This document shows, piece after piece, positions 21,968-35,814 of a DNA stretch of 64,000 nt. Below the pieces are notes generated by a model. That model saw only the letters and a list, made by a program, of their open reading frames with translations, did not search any database and was not told the origin of the DNA. This DNA is from Tubulanus polymorphus. Its lineage: Eukaryota; Animalia; Nemertea. The stretch's first letter is position 1, and each line of letters opens with the position of its first letter. The position numbers and the translations under genes are program-made. The stretch is taken from NCBI RefSeq assembly GCF_964204645.1, contig NC_134028.1:16313653-16377652 (forward strand), written 5' to 3'.

Positions 21968-24900
21968 TTAACACGTTAGAATTCTTTTCATTATCTCGTT
22001 CTCTTTTGTTTCTTCTCTTTTAAATTTTAAGTATTCATCTAAATTACAACCATAAGCAACTGTATGAATTCCATCATCTAATATATATCTTTTATCATCA
22101 AATGGGTTTAGACTTATCTTTTCAATTTCTTCAATAAATATTTCATGATCTTCAGATCTTAAACATTTCATCTTATGTTTTCTAACTTCTTCATTGAATA
22201 TACAATTGATGTAATCTTTGAAATAAATATTCTTTTCTACTACACTTTTGGTTATTCCTTTTAACTTTTTAGCTTCATGTTCTTTAGTTTTATATGAATA
22301 CATTTTAGATCTAATTCCTATGAACTCTATCATTTCTTCACCACCTAATTCATCTTTGAATTTACCGGGAACTTTTTTATTATCATCGCTAAACAATTCA
22401 TGATCTTAAGGATAGTTACTGAAATCAAAATGATGTTTTAATGTTTTTAAATCATCAGTTATGTTATCAGTTTGTATCTTTAATATGTAAGAATCGGTAT
22501 CAAAATATAATATTTCTATATGTTTTTCTCCAAAAAGTGGTTGTAATACATTATAATAGAATTCATACATTAGTAATTTTGATAATTCTAAAACTGATGC
22601 TCCAACATAAATTGGTTTATTAAATTTCATAGAAGTTCTTCTCATCTTAACTGCAGCTAAATTTTCATCAAATATTCTGCTACCAATGAACTTAGGATAT
22701 GTTTGTAAATGCCTAATTCTTTTACCATTACTGACTAACTCAATATCATTTCTATTTCTAATATTTTCACAAGTATTACCATAGAATGCATTATTCATTG
22801 ACTTGAAGAAATCTTTCTCGAAATCAGTTTTAGCTTCAGTTCTCTGTTTGGTGTTAAAATCTATATATTTTTCTAACCACTTAGATTGACTGAATGAAAT
22901 AAATCTATGTACTTTTTTAGAATCATTCCTTCTTTTAGATAAAACTTTAACATTCTATAATGTACTACATAATTATATTTATCTTCCTGAGTTACCATTA
23001 ACTTTTCTGTATGAATATTATTTTCGGGTTTAATTCTTTTTCGATAACTTGATAATTCTTCATGAGTTACAGTTTTATGTTCGGGACAGTAAGCTAGATT
23101 TCTAGATTTAAATTTAATATGTTCAGGATATTCTAAATCTACAACAAAGAAGTAATCAGTATCTGAATTATCTGCAATATCGAGAATTCTTTTCTTCCAA
23201 TCAAATTTATCATTATTTTCATTCTATAAAACTTCACTTATTTCAAATACTCCATAAGGTTGTGGTTCCATCATTGCCCAACCATACAAATAATTTGCAT
23301 CTATATATAATAACTTATATCCAGGGTTATCATTTACATTGAAATATCTATCGCCTAATACACCTGAAACTCCTCCTCTTATAGATTTTTCAAATAATAA
23401 TAATAGATCTATATTTGTTAACAAATCCATTTTTATATCTGTAAATTTTAATCCACAATCCCATGTTAAACCTGGGCTAGAAAAACAATGACAAGGATCA
23501 ATATTGAAATATTTTAGGTTTACATCTCTAAACCTTTCGAATATATCGGTTAATAATAATAAATCTGATTTTAGATATAAATCTAATTGCCCATGATTTT
23601 CTATTTTGAAGTGATTCCAAATATTCAATGTTCTATTATAGACTTAATCTTTAACATATTCATTTTTTAATTCATCATAGAATTGTTCTTTTAATAATTC
23701 AGTTATATTAAAATCATTATGATTTTTATAGAAAGAATATGGAATTGCGCCTTTATATCTCATTAATTGAAAATCATCATTATTTGGGTAATATTCTTTT
23801 AATATTTTTAATTCATCATCAACTAATGATTTTGATAAGTTATCTAATGAACTATTTAAAAATCTATATGAATCTATAAATCCTAGACACCCAAATTGGA
23901 ATGATATATAATTCTCAGATGTTTAAGCTAACATTCTAAATTTATAAGTTGGTATTTTATCTTTTGATCTATTTGAATTTAATTTTTCTATTTCATTATT
24001 AATTTCTTCAATTTATGGCATAACTGTTTGATAAATAAATGAGCATCATATCCTGATAGATTATGAAATATAACTGATACAAAGTTAATTTTCATAGCTT
24101 GTAAGTTACAATTCTCATGTGCAGCGCCTCTAAACTTTCCATTCAAATGATCATGGTCTCTTACTTTTTCATCTCTAAAATTAAATATCTTTTCACAATA
24201 ATAACATTTATCTGCAAACGCAAATTCTTCTTTATCTTCTTCTGTCATTATAATTTCTATATTTGTATTCAATAATTTACTAAATCTTATTTCATATTCA
24301 ATTAATAAGTCACAAAAATGATTGATAACATTTTCATTTCATAATATTCACTTTCAATTAGTTCTGGATAATCAGATTCAATATATAACCCGAAAGCTGC
24401 AGCTGATTGATGAATCTTTTTAACAGTATAATCTTGATCAGTTAGTTCTTTATTTAATGATTCAAAATCTCCATATATATAACAAATGGAACTTTATTTT
24501 TGTAATCATATTTTTTGAATTCTAATATTTTATCCTTTTCATTTGGTAAAACTAATTTACAATAATCATGATTTTCACATAATTGTTTATGATTTAATAA
24601 TGTACTTTCATTACTGAATTAATGTAAACATTTTCTACATAGATATATTTTATTATGGTGATCACTTTCTGTTCTAAAGAATAAATCTATTTTTTTAATC
24701 CACATATAATGATTCTCATAATATAATACATCTATAACATCGTTTGAATCATAATCTTTTGATAGATATAAAGGTTCTAATGTATAATGTTTTATATTGT
24801 TACCTTTTGTATTTGGTAATTTGATTAAATCAAATACATTTATCTTTATATTATTATCTCTTTCTATTTTTGGGATGTTTTTAATTATAACAGGATACTT

Positions 24901-25940
24901 ATCTATCTTGTAATTATTTTCAAATTGTTTATAATGAGTTAATCTAAAACTATGTTGTTTATAATCTTCAACTGGGTGTAAACAACTTATTATAGCCCAT
25001 AGAAAACATTTATCATCTTCATTTTGTACATTTATTACAGCATTAGTTTTAAATGGTAGTTTAATATAACTCGATGCTTCAATATCTGGTTCTTTATAAT
25101 ATGATACATTATTTTCATCAATTGGTTTTGATTTAGTTAATTTGGTTTTTTGACTTATTATATTTTGTGTTATAAACATGTAAAGTCATAAATATTATTT
25201 CATCAAATATTAAACCAGATCCTTCAAAATATTTCTCTTCTATTTTAGTTTTTACTTCATTATAACATTTATCTAATTTATCATCTATATGTTGTTTAGA
25301 TATAATATGTTGTGAATGAGAATTTATATTATATATTGGTTTATCTTCAGATTTTATAAACTTTACTTAAGAAGATATACTAATTTTAGGATATTCAACA
25401 TCAGTTATTATTTTTATTATTTCTTTCATATTTTCTAAATGTTTTTTATTTTCTTCTAATGTTTTTCCTTTATGAAATTTAAACTCAATAGCTGCTGGAC
25501 CAATATCACTTTTAAATGCTTCGGTTATCTCTATATCGTTTTTATTATCTAATGAATTAATATATTTTCTTACATCTTCCATGTATGGTCTTTTATTGTT
25601 TAATTTATTTTTTTATGTTTTTAATTGTCTTCTGTTTCTTATCATTATCTTTATCAAAATAATCTTCACCTAAAATATCATTATTCTTATTTCTAATATG
25701 ACTTTTAGATTTTAAATGTTCTTTATAATATCTTTTATCACTGAATGATTGATTACATGTATCACATTTGTGTGTTTCTTTTTCATTCTTTAATTCATCT
25801 AATTTAGTTTCTAATATATCATCTTCATATTCTAGTTTCAATTTATTCTCTAAATGTGTTTTAGTTTTATTGTGTCTTGCTTTTTGGGATTTATCTATAT
25901 TGATATTACATGTTGGACAGTAGTACTTATTTGCTTTCAT
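21968..25940 (-). pseudogene. polB: Protein-primed family B DNA polymerase (pPolB) with several frameshifts and stops
   Basis: N-terminal C2H2 fingers; vOTU-like DDKCFLWA...HY; ExoI IYGDFES (~24470); endonuclease VII-like RDHDHLNG.FRGAAH..CN; ExoII FHNLSGYD; motif A YIDANYLYGWAM; motif B MNNAFYG; motif C YFDTDS; KLKGI. Confidence 0.95.
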
Positions 25941-26084
25941 TTTAATATCAAATTTTTTTAAAAATTGATTTTAGAAGTTCAATGATTTATATCATGTATT
26001 ATTTCAATCACATTTTACTAACACTTTTAATGTTTAAAAATCTAACTCATACAAATATAAATATTGAAATAATGTTGTAAATAT

Positions 26085-26439
26085 ATCTATCTATATATTC
26101 TATAAGAGCTTACACTTTTATATTGAATAATCTGTCAATTTAAATGTTATTCATGTTTATGATTATTTTAAGAGTAATAGGGGTAATAGGCTTTCAGGTT
26201 AAAGGTTGAACGGGCGGGTGAGTAAAAAATGAAAAACATGAAAATAATTACAATTTCTACTTGAATTAGGAGTGAAACTCATAAGAATGAAAAATAAATT
26301 CGAGTGTGTGAGAATTTATTTTTCATTTTTATGAGTTTCGCGAGTAATTCAAGTAGAAATTGTAATTATTTTCATGTTTTTCATTTTTACGAGCTCGACC
26401 GTTTAACCTTTGGCTTGAAAGCCTATTACCCCTATTACT
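26085..26439. repeat. Right TIR; 26173-26439 is an imperfect palindrome
   Basis: Near-exact reverse complement of 8233-8588 with a few substitutions. Confidence 0.95.
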
Positions 26440-26445
26440 AAAATC

Positions 26446-27575
26446 TATATATTTTTCTAACCATTTCGATTGATTAAATTCAAATAAATCTATGAACTTT
26501 TTAAAACTCCATTTGCTGATATTAATACTAACATTCTAACATTCTGTAATGAACAATATGATTATATTTATTATTTTGTGTGAATAGTAAATTTTCTGTA
26601 AAAACGTGAACTTTTGATATTTTTCTGATATTCGCTATAACTATCATCTAGGTAATATATCGGGACAATATGGTAGATTTTTAGATTTAAATTTTATTTC
26701 ATCATGATATTCTATATCAACTTAAAAGACATAACCAATTGGAGCGTGGTCTTTTAATTGCGCCTTCCCAATCGGTTTTATCATCATTTTCAACTTCTGT
26801 TAATATGAAATCTTTTTTGGTTGATAATGCATCATTGCCCAACCATATAAATTATATGCATCAATCTATAATACTTTATATTCATCATTTGCTTTATAAT
26901 GTCTATCTCGCATAACACCACTAATTCCACCACGAATCGATATTTCTAATAATAAAACCATATCGGGATCTTTTAATAGATCTTATTCTACATTTGTATA
27001 TTTCAAACTACATTGCCAGGCAAAACCAATACTTGAATAACAATAAAAAGGATTAACAAAAATGATTTATTATAACTTCTCTAAATTTTTTAAACATATC
27101 TTCCAGAATAACTACATCCGATCTTAAATATCAATCAACTAATTCAACATGATTTTCCATTTCAAAATGATCCCAAATATGTAATGTTCTATTAAAAACT
27201 TCACGTTTTACATATTCATCTTTTGATTGATTCTAAATTGTTCTTTTAATAATTCTGTTACTTAAAAAAATCATCATGTGTTTCATAAAATGAATAAGGA
27301 ATTGCACCTTCATGTCTTAATAATTTAAAATCTTGTTCATTTGGTTTATAATATCGTAATATTATAAAATCATTATAAACAAAATTCTAAAAGAATCTAA
27401 AAAAATCTAAAACAACCAAATTTATACGAAATGTTATTTTCAGATGTTTTTGCTAATAATTTGAAATCATTTTTTCATCATTATAGCGTTGTATTCTTCT
27501 ATTTCTTGGTTAATCACACCTAATATTCCGGATAATTGTTTTATGAATAAACGAGTATCATATCATCATAACTCA
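26446..27575 (-). pseudogene. Older Maverick pPolB remnant (exonuclease to motif A), upstream of the nested insertion
   Basis: SIRGGISGV..DR and IDAYNLYGWAM. WLEKYI|DFNT is continuous across the TSD with 8232. Collinear with 22860-24060. Confidence 0.88.
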
Positions 27576-27823
27576 TGAACAATTTCGAATTCAAGATGGC
27601 TGACATTGATCACATGACCTGAAAGCACCGATCTGAACCGAGGAAAATTATTCTTATTCTTCTGTGTATATTTATTCTGTTATCCAGGTATATTTATTCT
27701 ATTATTCTATGTAGCCCTAATTCATCTTTAGTGTATAGTTTGTTCATTTGGGCTGACTAGTTTCTGAGTAATGCTTAGTTAACTGGAGACACGAGTTTCA
27801 CCAAAAAATCGTCTCAGTAAATT

Positions 27824-28578
27824 TCAATACTGGCCATTTAAAATGTCACCTTTTGCCTGAAGAAAGTTTAAATCCATCCAATGTTTAAGTTCAGTATAGC
27901 AAAGTTGGAGTGTATTTTTGGACACCAATTCGTTAACTTTTGGTTTTATCCTGATATACAATTGTGAATCATCTGCATAAAAATGAAAATCTAAATTGAA
28001 TTTCCTTATGATATCGACAATAGGAAGAACGTAAATGGCGTACAGCAGTGCACCTAAAACAGACCCCTGCGGTACACCAAATTTGAGTAAACATGGTTCA
28101 GACTTAGAGTCGCCTATACAAACAGTTTGATAGCGATCAGTAAGGTAAGATTCTAACCATTGGTAGCAAGTACCTGACAGACCAATTCGGTGTTTAACAC
28201 GAGCGAGTAGAGTATCGTGGTCAATAGTGTCGAAGGCGGCGCTCAAATCGGGCATAACCAGCCCAACTACCATACCCTGGTCAATTGACATCAAGATATC
28301 ATTCTGAACACGTACAAGAGCAGACTCTGTACTACAACCTGACTTATAAGCCGACTGGTAAACCTCATGTAAACCATTATTTTGAAGATGTTGATTAAGC
28401 TGATAAGCTACTACTCGCTCCATTACTTTTGATATGAAATGCAGAGTAGACACTGGTCGGTAATTCTTGAGACATTCAACATCAAGACTAGGTTTTTTTT
28501 AAAAGTGGATGAATATATGCAACTTTATAAGAGTCTGGAAAAACACCGGACTCGAGACATTTGTTAATCATAACAGTA
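27824..28578 (-). pseudogene. L2/CR1-group LINE reverse transcriptase fragment
   Basis: NYRPVS, QSAY...STE.AL, DLSAAFDTIDH, GVPQGSVLG and YADDSQLY. Confidence 0.9.
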
Positions 28579-29804
28579 AACAAGAAAACTTTAACTTTAA
28601 TAAATTATTTGACGCCTGCGAAAAAATGTAGAATTTCTGGGAGCTTATGTGGAATTGCAAATTTGAAATCGAAGTTTTAAGAAATTTGGGGAATTATGAG
28701 ATTTGGCGATTGGGTAGATGATACAGTCTTCAACTGGTCTAATTTAAAATTGTCAACTTGTGACCGACTTCGATTCACTTTTGCCTCTAAGCTGGTCTGC
28801 AACTTCATTGCCTCCATGGTTGAAGAAAGAGTTATTTGGATGTTTGCTTCATCATGACGTTGAGCATATCGTGTAGCCAGCCGGCCCGGTCCCGGGGCCC
28901 GGTTTGGCTGTCACTCGATATCCTAGACTTGAGTCTGGGTTGAAGTAGACATTGTCATTTAAAGAACTAATTCATGTTATTCTGTATGAATTAACCGTGT
29001 GTCTTGTATTTTGTATTTTCTTATTTTAAGATTTGTAAGTTTTTTAAATTTTATCCCGGAATTTCAATGTAAAAAGGATCAATAAAGTATTGAATTGAAT
29101 TGTCACCTTATACACATGCCATCAATGGACGCGGAGCCGTATATGACAGCTATGCTATTATAAATTGCTAATCTCATGAAACTTGCATACCCCTTATATC
29201 GAACATATTTTCTAAAACATTTGAATATTGAAATTATATGTTAACACGTTTTTATATAGACCGCTTGTAGCCGCCGATGAAATTCACGCCGGCCCTACTC
29301 AGATCGTAGATAGCTTCGTCATTCCACTAGCATCCCCATGTCAGGGTCTGACTTTTATATCAGACTTCCAAATCGTGTATACATCCGCCATTTAACCGAA
29401 TAATCCGATTTACTTATCATTTCTATTTATGCCTGCCGCTCCTGATATGATCATACATCCTTTACTATTACAATACGTCTTCTTATGATATTCAATGCAA
29501 TATAACATTTCGACGTTCAAATAGACGTCATTATATAATCACAGGGAGCCATTCTGCATCTTTATCAATAATATTTTGCCAAATAGCTTGTATGTGTACA
29601 CATAAACCTGTGACGTTTTGCACATCGATTTACGGTTGTCGTTTGTAAAATGACGCTGAATGGTTAACATTGTTTAGGTTTCATAATGGTAACGTTTTAT
29701 AAGGCGTCAAAAAACGGAATGAGGTAAGGTAGAGCTGCTTTTAACAGCCATGTAGGAATGGCATCGAGTTTACAATGCTTAGAAGGAGACTGCATTATAA
29801 ATTT

Positions 29805-32173
29805 CGGTTCCTGAACTTCGCTGAAAAAGCTGAATCACTGAAACGCTGAAACGCTGAAATAAAAACGCTGAAATTTCAGGGAATTTCCGAAAAACGCCGA
29901 AATTTCAGGGAATTCCCGAAAAACGCTGAAATCGTGCTAGGTACCAACAATACACGTTTTGAAATATTTTCCGGGCCGGTGTCCGCTGCCGAGTCCTGAA
30001 CCGTGTTTTAGTCTCTACCTTCGGTTACAGAGACATGCATGGACAGTATGTGTGGAGTATACTTCTAGAGGCCACTTGTTGGACAAATTAATTCGCTTGA
30101 AATCCGGATTTTTAATGCATACAGGCAGCATAATGAGGAAAACCCATTCACAAACCGTGCAAGCTAACTTAAACACTATGCTCAATATTCCCTGCAAGAC
30201 GCAAAATATCTTATTTGAACGTTCATGTATAAAACATGGAGCAACTTTTCTTTTGTCAACATGTTGATGGGCGACGGACTATGTCACTATGGTATTCTCT
30301 GAAGGAGGTAAATTAAATTTGACAGCTAGTTATATAAATGATGCAGCTTTTGGACAAAAGGGATCTAACTAAATTTCTTTTTAATTCACTGTGGAATGGA
30401 ATGGAATGGATTGACGCCAATGGCATGCAGTAGGCCCCTACATATGGGTCATACTGATTAGCGTCAACCAATTAATCTAAATCGGGCTAACCATTCAACA
30501 ACTGTGAATAATTTATTTGCTGTGGCGTGATAATAATTAGTTTTTTTGAAGAAATGACATACCAACTGTTAGAAAAATGTACCGATTCTTATTTTTAGAC
30601 TACTACTGAATCTATAAAAGGAGGAGTCATAGATAAAGTTGATTTGCTTAGCTGGTGACACTTCTTGTCAAGTACATCATCTCAAGTACTGGGTGTTTTG
30701 TAAGTTTAATTTCAGTATTTATTTACTAAGTGCTGTTCTCTCGGACCTCAGTGCTTTCAAACTAGGCCCACCCCATAGGCTATATAGTCCAGGGTGCATT
30801 AGCCACTATTCTTTTATATCCGACTAAAATGCACCTTTTTCTATTTTTAGATTCAGGCTTAGAATGTGCAAATTTTTTGAGATACTGAGAAATCAGATGG
30901 CACCAGTAAACTTCAACTGCGAAATTTGCAGCAGGATAGCTAACCGACACAATTTTTAAAAATAAAATGGCTATTCGAATGCTATTTCAATAATAACTTG
31001 ATTCAACCAGAGAGAAATAAGTCAATTGCGGATGTACAGTACACCCACTTTTCTTCCCTGTTTCCTGGTACCAAATTTTTAGTCTTAAGCTAAGCGATAT
31101 TCTAAGGTATACTAGTGGATTTCATTAGAATATGAAGCAATGGAACCAGAATTCTAGCCAGAGTTAAGCGAACTATTGATTCTGATATAATGTAAGAACT
31201 GATTTCCTTTGTATACTCTTGCAGAATGTGTTATGTTTTATTTCAAGCTGTTAAATAATATAGTTAGACAAATGTCCAATTATTGGATCTTTCTTGTTGA
31301 CTCGTTTAATTTTGTGAATTAAGAGTTCCAGTCAACCACAATGTGCAGTGCCTAGCCTTCATCTACACTAAAGCCAAGCCTGTGTATGGGAAAAAAATAT
31401 CGTTCGACTCCTATAGGCCAGACACATCAAAGCATGCAATACATTGCAGATAGTAGTCTCCGGCAAGTCGAAAGAGAAAGTAAACCAGGTTTTACCCCGT
31501 ACCCTACCCGGGAACAAAGACACTTAAAGATTCCTTCCTCCTTGTAGAAATTGTAGAAATATGGCACCCAATTGTAGCAATGCTAAGTACAGTATACTAT
31601 GACGGTTGAACCTTTATTAACGAATTTCAATGACACCGAAAATAGAATCAAAATAATCATTAGTTCCATGCTAGCACTTAATTTGGGTTATCAGGTTCAG
31701 CCTAACTGTACTTTCATTCAGCTACAACTTGCATGAGACTTGGCAATGATAAGTTGCAAGAAATCACCAAACATAAGAAAAAATATTGTGAATTAATATT
31801 ACTGTGATTAAGAATTTATTCAAATGAAGTGATAACTTCATTGTTAGATCGTACCGGTATATGCACATAAAACTATGGCAAAAAAACACATCTAACAATC
31901 TACGCAATCGATCAAGTCGATCATGACGACGACCTTAAGGCATGTCTCTGTAACCGAAGGTAGAGCATAAAACACGGTTCAGGACTCGTCAGCGGACACC
32001 GGCCCGGAAAAAATTTCAAAACGTGTATTGTCGGTACCTAGCACGATTTCAGCGTTTTTCGGGAATTCCCTGAAATTTCGGCGTTTTTCGGAAATTCCCT
32101 GAAATTTCAGCGTTTTTATTTCAGCGTTTCAGCTTTTCAGTGTTTCAGCTTTTTCAGCGAAGTTCAGGAACCG
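29805..32173. mobile_element. Non-autonomous Mutator/foldback-like DNA transposon
   Basis: About 235-bp TIRs (CGGTTCCTGAACTTCGCTG...CAGCGAAGTTCAGGAACCG) containing GCTGAAA repeats. 9-bp TSD TATAAATTT at 29796-29804 and 32174-32182. The empty site is visible at ~32388. Confidence 0.9.
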
Positions 32174-32182
32174 TATAAATTT

Positions 32183-34011
32183 GGCCAGCTCAGCCTCTGT
32201 AACCAACTTAAATTCATCCATGTGAATACCATTGAATATATGCAACTTTATAAGAGTCCGGAAAAACACCGGACTCGAGACATTTGTTAATCATAACAGT
32301 GAAAAACGGAATGAGGTAAGGTAGAGCTGCTTTTAACAGCCATGTAGGAATGGCATCGAGTTTACAATGCTTAGAAGGAGACTGCATCATAAATTTGGCC
32401 AGCTCAGCCTATGTAACCAACTTAAATTTATCCATGTGAATACCATTGAATTCGGGTTCGTTCAAGACTGTAGTGGAAGGACTAGGATAATCAGTTTGTC
32501 CCTGATGTTGGTATATTTTTTTAAAAAATTAGCAAAGTTGTTGGCGAGTACAGTCTTGGAGGAACACGATGGTAAATGAGTAGTACGGTTTAGGAGGTTA
32601 TCTATAATTTCAGACAACCTCTTAGGATTGTTATAGTTACTATTAATCTTATCAGCTAAATGCTGTTTTTTAGCTGATAAGATGAGACAATTTACAACAT
32701 TTCTCTGAGTAAGGAACATTTCTCTATGAATTGAAAGTTTAGTTGCTCGCCATTGCTTTTCTAATTTACGGCGAAGCTTTTTAGCTATGCGAATGTCATC
32801 ATTAAACCAAGGAGCGTGAGGACGAAGTGTAATTGGCTTTGTAACAACAGGGGCATGTTCGTCCAGTGAAGAGGTCAGAGCGGCGTCTAGCTCCAAAGCC
32901 ATCACGCGGGGATCGCGAATATTTAACATATCCACTCTACTCTTGAACGACTCACTGAATTCACAGACATTGATATTTCTAAGTTTTCTGTAAGATATAA
33001 TTTTTGTTAAAGCACACGGACGTGAGATGTTGACAGTAAAGTTAACTGGAAAATGATTGGAAAGTCCAATATCAGCAGCATTGATAGATCGAACAAATGA
33101 ATCTTCAGAAAGGCGGGTGTTCACTAAATCCAATGTATGGCCCTTCCAGTGCGTTGGTACATTGACATGTTGACAGAGGTTGAAGGAATGCAGAAATGAT
33201 AAAAATCTCTTGGCAGTTGAATCTTTTCGATCATCCACATGGAAATTTATATCACCAACAACTAATAATTTACTGGAACAAGCAATGGTTTCTTCTAGGA
33301 GATTTCCAAATTCAGTCAGAAACTGGGAAACAGTAAATCTATTTTTTTTCTGTTTGGAGGTGGGCGATAAATGTTTATCAGACGTATACAGTCTTCTTTA
33401 AAAATCAAGTCTATAGCTATCGCATCGAAACTCTTGGCATTTGGAAGTTTAACCTACTTCGGTTGCAAGGTGGCATCATAGATAATTCCGGCACCGCCGC
33501 CCTTTCCATTACACCTTGGTGAGTGCATTAAGTTATAACCAGACTGGTTAAAGTTGGCCTTCACAATGCAGTCATTATCGGTCATCCAAGTTTCAGATAC
33601 AGCAGCAATTGAGACTGAATGATCAAAAAGATAATCAGATACGGCTAGCGATTTGTTACAGATAGATTGAGCATTGATGACTGCGAGGTTAAGTTTTAAA
33701 TCAGATTTGTCCTTGACCATAAGCACATATATTAAGTTTTTCTGATTGACTAAGTTAAAAGTCTGTTCAGGAATTGACGGTCTGTTTGACATTATGACAG
33801 GAATAGCACCATTGTCAGCTTCACCATAGTAGAAGTAATTCCTTTTGTTGAGTTTTGATCCATCTCTACAACCGTGACTGGTTGATTGTTTGGCATTGCT
33901 CGATAGTTCATGCAATCTGTCATAAATTGGTTTTGATATTCTGTATGTTGAACTGAGTTCACCAAGTCCTTTAATAACATTCCAAATACTATGCCGTGCT
34001 GCCATCTTCAT
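32183..34011 (-). pseudogene. 5' part (APE endonuclease and linker) of the L2/CR1-group LINE
   Basis: INAQSICNK, VSETW, GGGAGI, QHVNVPTHWKGHTLDLV, LSNH and PWF motifs. 32236-32300 duplicates 28511-28577. Confidence 0.85.
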
Positions 34012-34139
34012 ACATATAATCCAAATAAATTCTTCAGACTAAAAACACCATTTGTTCAGTAAAACCGCAAAGTTAACAGTTAATAAATGCATGTATAGAA
34101 TCCTGATGTATTCACTGATGTACTGGTATCCAATGTCGT

Positions 34140-35092
34140 AGTCAAAATAAAATCACAGCTGAATAAAACTACTTTAGTCGGAGAGATACAAAACAGTGCA
34201 GCCACAACACGGCGTGACCTTGTATACAGCGTCGACGACTCTAAAATACTGGATGATGATCTGAAAGAACTATCCATGTGGGCCAAGAAATGGCAGATGT
34301 CCTTCCAACCTGACAAATGTAAAGTTCTTCGCATAGGCAAAAACCATCCAGACTACCTATACTCCATGAACGACAGTGAAGGCAAAACTCACCTTCTCAA
34401 AACTTCAACCCATGAAAAGAACCTCGGAGTTGTCATGGACCCATCACTGTCATTTGATACCCTTATTAAACAAGTCACCACTACAGCAACACGTATGTTG
34501 ATTATAATTCGGAGAACCTTCACAGCCTTAGACAAAGACTCCTTTAAGATCCTCTACAAAAGCCTTGTTCGCCTGCACCTTGAATACGCCGCTAGCATCT
34601 GGTCACCCTACCTCCGGAAACACGTCGATAGCCTAGAACATGTACAACGCCGTGCAACAAAACTGGTCCCAGGTCTTCGTGACAAATCATACGAACAACG
34701 CCTCAAGGACCTTGAACTCCCATCCTTACATTACCGCCGAGCTCGAGGTGACATGATCCAGAAATATACATATCTGCATGGCCATTACAAAACTGCTAAC
34801 GTCGAGAGACTCTTGCCACTGACCGCAAATCTAACCGACAGACATTCGAGGGGACACCCACTTAAACTTACCAAGCCAAGATGCAAGATAACCATCAGAC
34901 AAAACAGTTTCACCCAGAGAGTTATTGAACCCTGGAATAGTCTCCCAAGTCAAGTGGTAATGACTGACACAATGGACTCATTCAAGTCGAGTCTCGACAC
35001 CACTGGAGGGACCGTCTCTACACCCTGTTAACCGTGCACCCTAAAAAAGTATAGTCTTAATCGGTTTAAAGGCAAAAGCCTACGCAACCGTA

Positions 35093-35146
<54 letters not shown>
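34140..35146 (+). mobile_element. 5'-truncated CR1-like LINE with (GAT)n 3' tail
   Basis: WA.KWQM.F...KC, LGV, LYKSLVR.HLEYA..IWSP, RR.RGDMI, RGH..KL and WNSLP; (GAT)n at 35096-35146. Confidence 0.9.
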
Positions 35147-35148
<2 letters not shown>

Positions 35149-35814
35149 CAAAAAATTTTAAGTACTTAAGGTAATTTTTTTGTTTATTTGATAAAATAGC
35201 TCTGAAAACTGCGGACGAAAATCTGTGTTTGCGTGTAAGAAACAGGAATTAAACGCTATATGACAATTTTGCGCAAGACGTTGTAGGGCACCGCAACAAT
35301 GACCGGTGCTCAGACTTGATGAGGTGGTGTTATCAGTTTGTTTAATTTTTCTATTGCTACTTTTAGATCAATCTTACCGAAATATTTCTTGGACTCGATC
35401 AGCAACATTCGACTGAGGTCCATATTTCATTTCCTCACAAGCAAACCAGAATCGGATGTTTTCTTGACTATATTCCTTTTTTAAGTATGACTCAAATTCA
35501 TGCCGCCCAGTAGCATCAGCCAGAAGCTCATTCAAACCAAACATCCATCGTTTTACGCGTCGCTCAGTGGGTGTATCGACCCTAAAAAGACAATGATATC
35601 CAATTAGGAGCCATTCTAAAGAATGCCTGTATGCGGGAAAGTTGTACCATCATACTTTTTTCAGGCTTAGTCCAACCGTAAAATGTTGCTGTGGCACGTG
35701 AATTGTGACTGCAACTTGGAACGATGGCGTGTGCCACTGTCTTTTAGTCTATAATAGATAACCATCAATGAATATTTTAGTAAGATTTCTTTTACTTAAT
35801 AGAGAAGTGAATGA

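Larger units (their letters stand above)
8233..26439 (-). mobile_element. Full-length Maverick/Polinton (endogenous polintovirus/adintovirus-like element), 18.2 kb
   Basis: Termini are AGTAATAG...CTATTACT, with a 6-bp TSD AAAATC (8227-8232 and 26440-26445) and ~355-bp TIRs. It encodes pPolB, rve integrase, packaging ATPase and major and minor capsid genes. Confidence 0.97.

Noticed and set aside
21968-25940. Programmed frameshifting or introns explaining the fragmented pPolB and MCP
   Set aside because: Breaks are numerous, fall inside conserved regions and leave no intron-sized gaps. Mutation or homopolymer sequencing error is more likely.
25961-25968. Mimivirus early promoter AAAATTGA near the pPolB start
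   Set aside because: It lies on the strand opposite to the gene and is expected by chance in AT-rich DNA.
8233-26439. Bacterial prophage or contaminant contig
   Set aside because: It has a 6-bp TSD, an rve-chromodomain integrase and eukaryotic retroelements on both sides.
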